From: Eledone cirrhosa
Lineage: Eukaryota
Length of the DNA: 57,165 nucleotides
Assembly (NCBI GenBank): GCA_964016885.1
Contig: CAXHJY010001208.1
Location: forward strand, 1 to 57,165
Reading direction: 5' to 3'
The notes beneath the pieces are model-generated. The model was not told where the DNA came from and searched no databases. It saw nothing but the letters and a program-made list of their open reading frames with translations. Shown here piece after piece: positions 1 through 9,984 of this stretch. Numbering within the stretch: the stretch's first letter is position 1; every line of letters begins with the position of its first letter. The position numbers and the translations under genes are program-made.

Positions 1-1091
1 ACAGGTCCAGTTCCATTTGTTGTTTTCCCAGTGAGTCGGGTAAAGTAACAAGATGGAGGTTGTTACGCTTGAAGATCATATACTATAGACAACAACATGT
101 TGGTGTGTGACAAAGAAATGTGTGTGCATATGCAGGCATGTAATACAGCAAAGAAAATGTGTGCGTGCAGTCATATATACAATGATAGAAAAAAAATGAA
201 TTTTAATATTATACAGTTTAAAATAAATAAATGTCCAAACATTGCCTGTAAAAAAAGAAAGAAAGAATTTTTTTTTTTTAACAAAAATTTCACTTTTTCT
301 TTTCTTGGAAATTTCTTTGGGATAATTGTCGCTCTTACTAGGAAGCTAGTAGAATTGTTGTTGTTGTTGTTGCTGCTATCGAAGCGAAGTCACAGTAAAT
401 CTTCAGTAGGATCGAAGTCGAACGTTGAAGAGCTCAGAGTCACCAATATGCAAGTCACGTCTGACGCCATAGGGTGGTAAGAAAAGCTGTGAGTTCGAAT
501 CATGTCGGACGTTAGAAACATCGATGAATCGTGAAGTTTTGTACAGCAGTGAGGATTTGCAAGCGTCGAATTCACCATGCGTTGTTTATGGTTAGCGATA
601 ATATATAATAGATATATCAACACGAATAATTATAATGATGTGTATTTGTTGTAACAGGAAAGGTGTAGTTTTGTTAGACGTGAGATTAGTGAATGTTTGT
701 GGAATTAGTCGTAAAGTCTTCGTTATCATTTTTACATGTTTTATTTACAACTAATTACAAAGAGTTAAAGAGTTGACATGTCAAAGTAAAGAACAAACAT
801 TATTAAGAGTTAAGAAGTGAATGTGGCATTGTGCCAAGCCAAAGGCGGCCGACAGGCGAAAGTAAAAATCTCACCGTCACATGATCGCGTGTTGACCTTT
901 CAGAGTCCAAAGCAGCAAAAGAGAGATTTATGAATAGCCGCGGGAATTTTTCCCTCTGGGCAGAAGTCGAGACACATTCTCCTACGCTGGCGGCGATTGA
1001 CTGAACTGAGCCAAACAACGCACGGAGAATGTATCCATGAGCCCTCGGAATGTAGGTCACTACATAAGTATATACAATTCAAATTATAAGT

Positions 1092-1128
<37 letters not shown>

Positions 1129-1607
1129 CAACTAGAAATAGATTGACATATATATATATAAAATAATCTGAAACAATCACAGGGAATAATTTGTAAAGAA
1201 TGTAACCACACATAACTAGGTAGGTAACTAATTAAAGTTTAACTAGAACTTCAAATATAGATACCGTTTTAAATGATTAATCTCCTTTGTATATATTTAT
1301 TTAAATAAGAAATATATTTCACCTATTAATCCGTAAATCACACATATATATATCAATCTATTTCTAGTTGATATGTAATGCTCGGATCTAATCTTTGAGC
1401 TTATTCTACGGTGGATATGGCGCATGTCTCTCAAATATGACAACCCTTAATTTTAATTTTGGATATATATATATATAAACTTAATGGATTCCGTAAGCAA
1501 CTAATTACATTCTTTCTAACTTGACCACTGCCACGTCACGATTCTTAACCATTTTTAAAATCTATTTCTGTCGTGATCGCTTTGGAAAATTAACTGTCCT
1601 TTGAGTT

Positions 1608-1686
1608 TGTCTCCTGATGAGTTCGATACTCGAGATTTATCCTTAATAGGATATCTCAAAATACGAACGAAACCATGGTAGCGATT
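1608..1686 (+). ncRNA. Type I hammerhead ribozyme motif (weak stem I)
   Basis: CTGATGA (1614-1620), stem II closed by GTTCG/CGAAC, GAAA (1669-1672), palindromic stem III CCATGG, TA site at 1679-1680. Stem I GTCTC/GCGAT has one mismatch. Confidence 0.7.
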
Positions 1687-1984
1687 TAATTCCGGTATGT
1701 GCACATTTCTTCTAACTTTAAATTTATATCTAATTGTGTATGGTTGACGATATATTTGGTCAGTTTCTGCATGCTGTTGAAACGTTGGGTAAATACTCTA
1801 TTGTGGTCAACCGCGAAGAGGCTGCTTTCGGTTAAATATCAAATATTTCTTCATAGAAGCCTTTATTCTTATAGCCTGGTCTAATTAATTTTTATATGGT
1901 TAATTATGCTAATTGGGAGAGGAAATTGTATATATTTTATCTAATAATTCTAGGGACATGATTTATGATATATATATATATATA

Positions 1985-2679
1985 TACGAACAGCAATGTT
2001 GTATGATAGTGAGACCTGGACGCTGTGTGCGTAGATTGGAAAGAAATGAAGTTTGCATGCTCCAATGGATGTGTAACAATAATATATGTGAACAGCAAAG
2101 CATAAATGAACAGAGAAACTAGGCATAAGAGGAATCAAATGCTGTGTGCTGGAGAGGAGATTATGTATGAAGGATGACAGCTGCATTAAAAGGTGTAGAG
2201 CGCTCAAAGACCATAGAAGCCTTGGAGTGGTGAAACGCAGGAAGACTTGGGATGAGGTGATAAAAGCTGCCTTTGCCCAATTGCACCTCTCAAAGGCGAT
2301 GGCACAGGACCGAGATCTCTGGCGTTACGCAGTAATACAGAAGACCCCCTCCCCCACGGGCACAGGCCGAGGCTGAAGCATATATACAGTATGTCCGACA
2401 CCACCCTTCCACTGTAAAGTGGTCGTGTAGATGTCACGACAAAAAGCACCCAGCCCACACTGTAAAGTGGTCATGTAGGCGTCACGACAAAAAGCACCCA
2501 CTACTCACTGTAAATGAGGTTGGCATTAGGAAAGGCACCCAGTTGTAGAAACCAAGCCAAAATCAGTTCTGTATGAGCAAGACATGGTCACCTGACCTGG
2601 CATGACCCTCAACAGGACAACTCATCTAACCCATGCTAGCGTGGAAAAATAGATGTAAAATGGTGATGATGACGATGAT
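1985..2679 (+). mobile_element. RTE LINE 3' fragment (degenerate)
   Basis: Residual peptides RRLERNEVCMLQWMCN and MKDDSCIKRCRAL...RKTWDEVIK match the 33494-35491 ORF; same 3' UTR and (GAT)n tail. Confidence 0.9.
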
Positions 2680-2795
2680 ATATATATATATATATATATA
2701 TATTATTTGTGAGAAAAACGACAGACCCTCCATCTCAACTCTACTTTTGAAAAGCAGAAGACTCCAGTTGCATTTTCGATTTCATCTTTTTTTCT

Positions 2796-2873
<78 letters not shown>

Positions 2874-2926
2874 AGTGAGATGGAAGCCAGTTAGAGTATA
2901 GCTTAAAGCTTTCTCTGTTAATGTGT

Positions 2927-2984
<58 letters not shown>

Positions 2985-2987
<3 letters not shown>

Positions 2988-3478
2988 ATGTATATATAAT
3001 GTATTTTGCAATACACTTTATGCTTAATTAAATTTGTCACTACTCTAAAACAATAGCATACGGTCTTCAAAATGCTTTTAATTAAGCATAAAGTGTATTG
3101 CAAAATACATTATATATACATCCATATATATATTGCTATTTCAGAGCTCCAATTCTAATTTTTAATTTCTGCCTGACCAACAATCGCTCTGTATAATCAG
3201 TTCCTGATTATTTACTAGAATTCTATAAGAATATAACATCAGTAATCTCAGTAGACAGGAGGGGTAGTTAGCCTTGATAAGCTTCAACAAAAGCGAAACA
3301 AGGCCTTGTCGGCTTATCTCCCCTGTTTGCTGAGATTAAAGTAAGTGAATTTGTCACTACTCTAAAACAATAGCATACGGTCTTCAAAATGCTTTTAATT
3401 AAGCATAAAGTGTATTGCAAAATACATTATATATACATCCATATATATATTGCTATTTCAGAGCACCAATTCTAATTT
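2985..3478 (+). mobile_element. Non-autonomous retrozyme-like/PLE-derived unit (~317-nt period, terminal redundancy, 5' inverted segment)
   Basis: About 130 nt at 3031-3161 recur at 3348-3478; 2985-3032 is the reverse complement of part of that repeat; contains a hammerhead; flanked by (TA)n on both sides; no ORF. Confidence 0.7.
3244..3337 (+). ncRNA. Type I hammerhead ribozyme, U3-A8 core variant
   Basis: TTGATAA (3274-3280), stem II GCTT/AAGC, GAAA (3295-3298), palindromic stem III CAAGGCCTTG, TC site at 3309-3310. Long stem I from AATCTCAGTAGACAGG...AGCC pairing with GGCT...CCTGTTTGCTGAGATT. Confidence 0.85.
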
Positions 3479-3485
3479 ATATATG

Positions 3486-3568
<83 letters not shown>

Positions 3569-4150
3569 AGATAAGCAGAACAAGTAAAATTCAACCAATT
3601 TTTCAAAATAAATCACAATTAATATATAATTAAAATTAATCAAAATTAAAAAATATAATATAAATATTTACCTATTCAAATGGCCCTAACTGTACAGTTT
3701 CACGGTGCAAAACATTAAATATCACGAGGATATTAATGGAAAAGCAACGATCATCAGAGAAACATTTTCCTGTCCTAGGGTTAAAAACCCCAGGAACGAC
3801 AAAATATATGACCTCACTCCAACTAATACAGGTCTAAAAGGTCGTGAAAGTGACCCGTAAATACATTGGTGTATAGTGAAGGCGGGAAATCATAGACTAG
3901 CCGTCTATAATCGCTACTAAAAAAGATTTTTAGCAACTAAATAGATCGACAAAGATTTATCTCTACATACTGGAGATTATTGAATAAGGTTAATATATAT
4001 CTGAGGGTACAATGTACCCCCGGAAATATATAGTGTGTCTATGATTTAAGGTGGTTCTATGGTAATAATTTGATATACCAGAACTTAATATCTAGATAAG
4101 CAGAACAAGTAAAATTCAACCAATTTTTCAAAATAAATCAAAATTAATAT

Positions 4151-4152
<2 letters not shown>
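3569..4152 (-). mobile_element. Non-coding unit with ~55-nt terminal direct repeat (525-nt period) carrying a hammerhead
   Basis: AGATAAGCAGAACAAGTAAAATTCAACCAATTTTTCAAAATAAATCA at 3569 and 4094; flanked by (TA)n. Confidence 0.6.
3682..3763 (-). ncRNA. Type I hammerhead ribozyme motif (partly degenerate)
   Basis: Minus strand reads TTTCT-CTGATGA-[TCGTTGC...GCACCGT]-GAAA-CTGTACAG-TT-AGGG; palindromic stem III; stem I relies on G-U pairs. Confidence 0.65.
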
Positions 4153-4205
<53 letters not shown>

Positions 4206-4265
4206 AGCAAGTATGTTTTGAAACAGTGAGCGAGTTTGAAATTAGAAAATATATAGCTTTCACCG

Positions 4266-4421
4266 TATATTTAACTAAAGGAATTTTAGCTTGATAACGG
4301 GGTTTAGAACCCTCAGATAAATGGAAAAAGATGAGTATTGACGTACATGTACGTCAATACTCATCTTTTTCCATTTATCTGAGGGTTCTAAACCCCGTTA
4401 TCAAGCTAAAATTCCTTTAGT

Positions 4422-4429
<8 letters not shown>
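4266..4429. repeat. Perfect 164-bp palindrome (82-bp arms, no spacer)
   Basis: Centre ...GACGTACA|TGTACGTC... at 4347/4348; arms match base for base out to TATATTTAAC/GTTAAATATA. Confidence 0.95.
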
Positions 4430-4516
<87 letters not shown>

Positions 4517-4531
4517 GTATATATATATATA

Positions 4532-4615
4532 TGGCAGCGATAATGAGGGACAGAGACCGCTGGAGAGAACTCGTCCATGGATCTCGGGAATTTTACCCGC
4601 CTTAGAATAGAAAGA
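4532..4615 (+). mobile_element. Short RTE-like 3' end fragment
   Basis: Reads [15 protein letters not shown]..., resembling the DRxxWR C-terminal motif of RTE ORFs; lies between (TA)n tracts. Confidence 0.5.
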
Positions 4616-4637
4616 ATATATATATATATATATATAT

Positions 4638-4910
4638 GTCAGGTCACCAGTTGGTGCTACTGGTAACATGTATCCCAGTACAACCTGTCTCATGGTCGGG
4701 TCGTTGGCGACTAAACTGGCAACCCCACCAAGGTTTCTTGGTGAGGAGGGTGACTTTGGACATCCTGCAGGACTAAAAACAAAACCTGTCAAAGGTCAAA
4801 GGAACTCTTAAGAGTCAATGGCCATCCAAAATCACCGGGAGAGATCACCCCTTAGCCTTTGTCAAGGCAGAATTCTAGGAGAAAGAAAACTCTGATATAA
4901 CACCTGCAAC
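4638..4910 (+). mobile_element. 5' part of an RTE-derived non-autonomous element (copy of 54945-55218)
   Basis: Near-identical to 54945-55218; contains GGCAGAATTCTAGGAGAAAGAAAACTCTGA, resembling the conserved RTE 5' motif. Confidence 0.7.
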
Positions 4911-4912
4911 TC

Positions 4913-5266
4913 TGTGAATTCGGTGAACGTAAGTTCTGTGAAATCGTAGACGAGAGAGAGAAAAAAAGCGACCTGCCTGACCAAAGGTGCGAAAGAAAAG
5001 AATTACGCACAGGTCAAACGGGAAGAAGGAGGAGGAGGAGAGGTAGTAACAGAGAGTGAGTGAGTGAGGGGTGAGGAAGAGGCTAACAGAGAGAGTGACT
5101 GTTAGAGAGGGTAAAGATACAGAGAAAGAGGAAGTAGTAAGAACGAAATAGACGAGTCACAGCGGGGCAAAAATATGTGTAAATATGAGAATAAACGTGC
5201 AGCGTGGTTGCTAATGGGTTACATATGAATAAAGTTAGTCCTTCATCAGTGATCTTCCAACCATCA
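4913..5266 (+). mobile_element. Possible solo LTR-like insertion
   Basis: Starts TGTG just after the preceding element breaks off, is purine-rich, has AATAAA near its end and finishes in CA. No second LTR or target-site duplication found. Confidence 0.25.
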
Positions 5267-5367
5267 TTGGTATTTCATCGCTTTAAAGACCATATACCTC
5301 CGGTCGGTGCGAGCAACGGCTAAAAAAAGTCGTTGGGACACGTAAATAATATATATATATATATGTA

Positions 5368-5424
<57 letters not shown>

Positions 5425-5532
5425 GTATATATGTATAATCAAGGTTTAACCTGCCATTGAACCACATAGGCATATGGTTGGACAATACATGTGTCCCTCT
5501 ACGCTTTTTGCGTGTAGGGATATATACTTTAT

Positions 5533-5706
<174 letters not shown>

Positions 5707-5758
5707 TACATATATATATATTGTTATAATTTGGGAGGGTCATGTTGCCAATAACGAA

Positions 5759-5809
<51 letters not shown>

Positions 5810-5810
<1 letters not shown>

Positions 5811-6213
5811 AAACATAAATTATCGAGATTCGCATTCCGGCCCACGAAATAACGAAAAACAACCTCCGAGATGTGCGGCAAGTGCTCAATGATTCAGATG
5901 AACCAGAGCTATAACAAACGTTAAAGGCCAAACACACTGAGACGATGGTTAAACAATCATTCGTATAGCCAAAAAAAAACGATCAAGTAATTCGGGTATT
6001 GAAAATTTACCCGAAACCCTGGAAGGTTGGTAAAATCCAGTATATGGGTTTCTGCGGCTCCTAAATCAAGTACCGTCCGTCTACATAAATAATGTCAGAC
6101 TTCTGGTAAGATGATTGAACAAGGAAGCCACTTTCTCAACAGGTTTTAGTTCAATGTTAATACAAGGACTGACTATTGCTGACCCCACTATATATATATA
6201 TTGCTGACCCCAC
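5810..6213 (+). mobile_element. Possible internally deleted Tc1/mariner-like remnant
   Basis: Fragmentary peptide TIIRIAKKKRSS resembles a Tc1 HTH region; ends in duplicated ATTGCTGACCCCACTA followed by TA, like a TIR end. Weak. Confidence 0.3.
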
Positions 6214-6453
<240 letters not shown>

Positions 6454-6649
6454 GATAAATCTACTAAGAGTTTACGGTAGTGTCCAATCCATATGAAGAA
6501 CTCAATGTAGTCCGGATATCATGGAAAGAAGAGATGCAATGAAAAATCACTTTCGGTGAAAGATAAACGGAATACAGAGTCAAGATAAAATATTAAAAAA
6601 ATAATGAATAAAACAATGAAACAGTTCCTTATATTAAACAAAAAAAGTT

Positions 6650-6800
6650 CATTATTTAACGATCGTTTCTAGGATATATATGTGTTAGAATTGGCATGCA
6701 TATTCAACAGATCTATGTACAAAATTATACAAAATTATACAAACTATCAAGATTAAATATACATACCAAACACACATATATGCCGTCTTCAGAAATAATC
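6650..6800 (-). ncRNA. Type I hammerhead ribozyme (mirror of 6800-6950)
   Basis: Reverse complement of the + strand copy, with a 7-bp stem I. Confidence 0.8.
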
Positions 6801-6950
6801 ATTATTTCTGAAGACGGCATATATGTGTGTTTGGTATGTATATTTAATCTTGATAGTTTGTATAATTTTGTATAATTTTGTACATAGATCTGTTGAATAT
6901 GCATGCCAATTCTAACACATATATATCCTAGAAACGATCGTTAAATAATG
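6800..6950 (+). ncRNA. Type I hammerhead ribozyme with ~115-nt stem II
   Basis: Stem I CATTATTT/AAATAATG, CTGAAGA (6808-6814), long stem II (ATATATGTGT/ACACATATAT plus an 18-bp G-U-rich helix), GAAA (6931-6934), palindromic stem III CGATCG, TT site at 6941-6942. Confidence 0.85.
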
Positions 6951-7084
6951 AACTTTTTTTGTTTAATATAAGGAACTGTTTCATTGTTTTATTCATTATT
7001 TTTTTAATATTTTATATATATATATATATATTTACATATATTATATACATATATACATATATATATATACATATATATATATAC

Positions 7085-7171
<87 letters not shown>

Positions 7172-7188
7172 CATATATACATATATAC

Positions 7189-7286
<98 letters not shown>

Positions 7287-7391
7287 ATATATATATATGT
7301 ATATATATATATGTATATATATATATACATATAAATGGTCGCATTCTTTGAAGGGTATGTCAATATTTGTTTATAAAACTGATCTATATTA

Positions 7392-7442
7392 TATTTTATC
7401 TGATGAAAGCGCACCATAATTTGAAATATGTATAATGAAATA
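7392..7442 (+). ncRNA. Minimal type I hammerhead ribozyme
   Basis: TATTTTAT-CTGATGA-AAG...TTT-GAAA-TATGTA-TA-ATGAAATA; 8-bp stem I. Confidence 0.75.
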
Positions 7443-7505
7443 AATATGGTTTTATAAATATAGTTTCCATTTATCAATATATTGTATATGTATATATATA
7501 TATAC

Positions 7506-7564
<59 letters not shown>

Positions 7565-7611
7565 TATATACAATATTAAATAAATGGAAACTATATTTAT
7601 AAAACCATATC

Positions 7612-7677
7612 TATTTCATTATATATATTTCGGGGATATCATATTAACAATATGCTATGCCTTCCTCAGACAAAATA
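7612..7677 (-). ncRNA. Type I hammerhead ribozyme at the 3' end of a minus-strand PLE
   Basis: Minus strand: TATTTTGT-CTGAGGA-[AGGCATAGCATATT GTT AATATGATATCCCC]-GAAA-TATATA-TA-ATGAAATA. Confidence 0.75.
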
Positions 7678-9045
7678 CAATATAAACAGTTTTATAGATA
7701 AATAGATTCGACATACCGTAACAACACCGACTTGCATTTGGAGAGGTTGAGCTGGCAGTGAAAAAATTTTACACAGAGAGAAAGAAAGAGAGAAAGAAGA
7801 AAGAAAGACAGAAAACGAAGAAAAGGAAGAAAAAGAAGAAATGCATGGAACAAAGTAGAGAGATGGAGAGATAGATAAGGAGAAGAGCTTCATGTAAAGA
7901 AACAGAAAGGGATATATATATATAGAGAGAGAGGAAATAGAGATAGATACATATATATATAGAAAATTAGGTAGTGGGAGGTCAGTTGAGTAAATGTATC
8001 AATGGTACATTTATTTATTTATTTATTTATTTATTTAGCTCTAGTATTAATGTAAGGGAGATATATATATAGAGAAAGAATATATAGAGAGAAAAAATAG
8101 CGAGAGAAAAAATTTAAAAAATAGCCAGATATATTCGAGGCGTAAAAAACCCTATGTTTTAATGTATTAGTATTTATAAAACTTCCACTATATTGTAAAT
8201 ATCAGTATTCATGAATGAGACAAGTATCCATAGTGTGTGAAAATTAATTATCTTATGTTTAGTTTTTTTAAAAAAATTCATATGTTTATGTGATAGCTAC
8301 AAACATGTGAATCCACATGATCAACTCTGCAAACTCTAAGTTCACGGAAAACATTCTCAATGTGGTATAAAACTTTGAGTATACAAATATGTGTATTATT
8401 ATTCCTGTCTTTACTCTACAAGATTATCTATCAAGCAGAAATAGAGAGCAGATTTCAATATACTAATAAAAGTATATATCAGAAACAAAACTAAAAAAAA
8501 AATAAAAAATAACAATAATAATAATAAGTAATAATAAAATAGAAAACTAAAAAAATAAAAATATTACGAAAGAATATTACATATTAAGAATATTACATAT
8601 TAAAAAATTTACATATTAAAGATATTAAAAATAAAAAATATTAGAAAATACTAGAAAATACTACAATAATAAAAAATAAAAATAAACCACAAAGATCAAC
8701 CCTTCAAAATTAGTTGACAATATATTGCCAAGTTCATTATAAGCATCAGAGTCGAAAAACAGACAAAGCCAAAAATTATCCATCAAATCACATCTAGCAA
8801 AGATCATTTCAAAAAGTTTATGATGCCCAAAATGGTCTACATGTGTACTTATATTTAATATAGAGGTTTATCTAGTGTAAGGTTTATTCAAAATATTTGG
8901 AGCATCAGCTTTTAGGGTAGCTTAATTTTTCATGAGGAGTGTTTAAATAAAAATAAAATAAAAATAAACAATAAAAAGAATAAAAAGAAGGAATCAAAGA
9001 TTTATCGGCTAGTTTCCCATATAAATATAACACAAACTAAATATA

Positions 9046-9945
9046 CTACATTTTAAATTTAAATTTATATTTAAACGTTGAGTTTAATCTATGTTTGCAA
9101 CAACTGAATAAATTTGTCCGTAGATTAAGGGAATTTTTAGATTTTAGTATAAAGAATATCTCCTCTGCGCAGAGGTCACATGTCTCAGAGGATGAATTAA
9201 AAGGAATCCCTCTTGAGACTATATTCCAAGCCGTCGAATATCTAACGTTATCTAGCTTAAGTTGCCAGAGTACGCCTGATAGTGCCGTTGAAGATTTTTT
9301 GCTTGGATCTGTGAAAGAATTCTTGTGGTTATTATAGCGAAGTTTAAATTCCGTCGATGTGGAACCGACGTAGTTAAAAGAATTAGAGTCAGTATTAACA
9401 TTACAATTGTATACTATATTTTTAACTAAGCAGTTGTTATTTAACGGACATTTAGATCTATCTCTACAGTTACATTTGTTAACTTGTATATTATTTATGC
9501 TATTATCACTAGGTTTTAAGTTCCTATTATTTATTCTATTAATATTTTGTGCTAAATTTTTCGTGGATGAGTAGGTTAATTTAATTGTATGCCTATTGAA
9601 AATTGAGTGATACCTATGTGTTCTAGGGAAGCGATTATCAAGAGCTTTGAAAAATAGTTTAGCGATGTGGGTTTTAATGTTTAGTGAGAAAGGGGGGGCA
9701 AACCAAATTATGTTCCTAGTTCTATTTCTTTTTTGGCCTTTGGAATTATTGTAATGCTTTCTATTATAGTTGTTAAGGTTGTTGCCGTAATTAAAAAAGT
9801 TGTTACTTTGTTTAGTTTGTCTATCATTATCTATGTACACAATCTTATCAGCATATCCTGCTCTAGCTAATGCTTCATTATAGTATTGGGCCTTTTCGTC
9901 GAAAATCTTTCTATTCGACGAGATCCTAGAGATACGTTTTTGAAC
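9046..9945 (-). CDS. PLE RT thumb/linker plus GIY-YIG endonuclease (C-terminal fragment)
   Basis: RNIIWFAPPF linker, CNCRDRSKC (CxCx5C), NIVY...YVGST...FKLRYNNH, CDLC and terminal CKH motifs; no true start. Confidence 0.85.
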   Translation of the reverse strand, partial: VQKRISRISSNRKIFDEKAQYYNEALARAGYADKIVYIDNDRQTKQSNNFFNYGNNLNNYNRKHYNNSKGQKRNRTRNIIWFAPPFSLNIKTHIAKLFFKALDNRFPRTHRYHSIFNRHTIKLTYSSTKNLAQNINRINNRNLKPSDNSINNIQVNKCNCRDRSKCPLNNNCLVKNIVYNCNVNTDSNSFNYVGSTSTEFKLRYNNHKNSFTDPSKKSSTALSGVLWQLKLDNVRYSTAWNIVSRGIPFNSSSETCDLCAEEIFFILKSKNSLNLRTNLFSCCKHRLNSTFKYKFKFKM

Positions 9946-9984
9946 AGAGTTCAAAAACGTATCTCTAGGATCTCGTCGAATAGA
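9910..9984. repeat. Perfect hairpin (36-bp arms, AGA loop) at the PLE-PLE junction
   Basis: TCTATTCGACGAGATCCTAGAGATACGTTTTTGAAC-AGA-GTTCAAAAACGTATCTCTAGGATCTCGTCGAATAGA. Confidence 0.95.

Larger units (their letters stand above)
6585..7015. repeat. Perfect palindrome, 215-bp arms, 1-nt spacer (C6800)
   Basis: ...GTCTTCAGAAATAAT C ATTATTTCTGAAGAC...; arms match throughout; one arm recurs at 49712-49925. Confidence 0.95.
7571..9984 (-). mobile_element. 5'-truncated Penelope-like element (Hydra-like) with ~1.5-kb 3' region, terminal hammerhead and 5' fold-back
   Basis: GIY-YIG ORF at 9046-9954, hammerhead at 7612-7677, 36-bp hairpin at the truncation point; 3' end abuts (TA)n. Confidence 0.8.

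Noticed and set aside
97-480. 127-aa plus-strand ORF with poly-Leu and poly-Phe
   Set aside because: Explained by (TTG)n and poly-T runs; no domain recognised.
4642-4760. HDV-like ribozyme at the RTE-derived 5' end
   Set aside because: A P1-like helix with a G-U start exists, but there is no UCC-containing L3, P1.1 or J4/2 in the required order.
9886-9984. N-terminus of the 481-aa ORF
   Set aside because: It is the antisense and fold-back of the neighbouring PLE; RT homology starts at about 9985.
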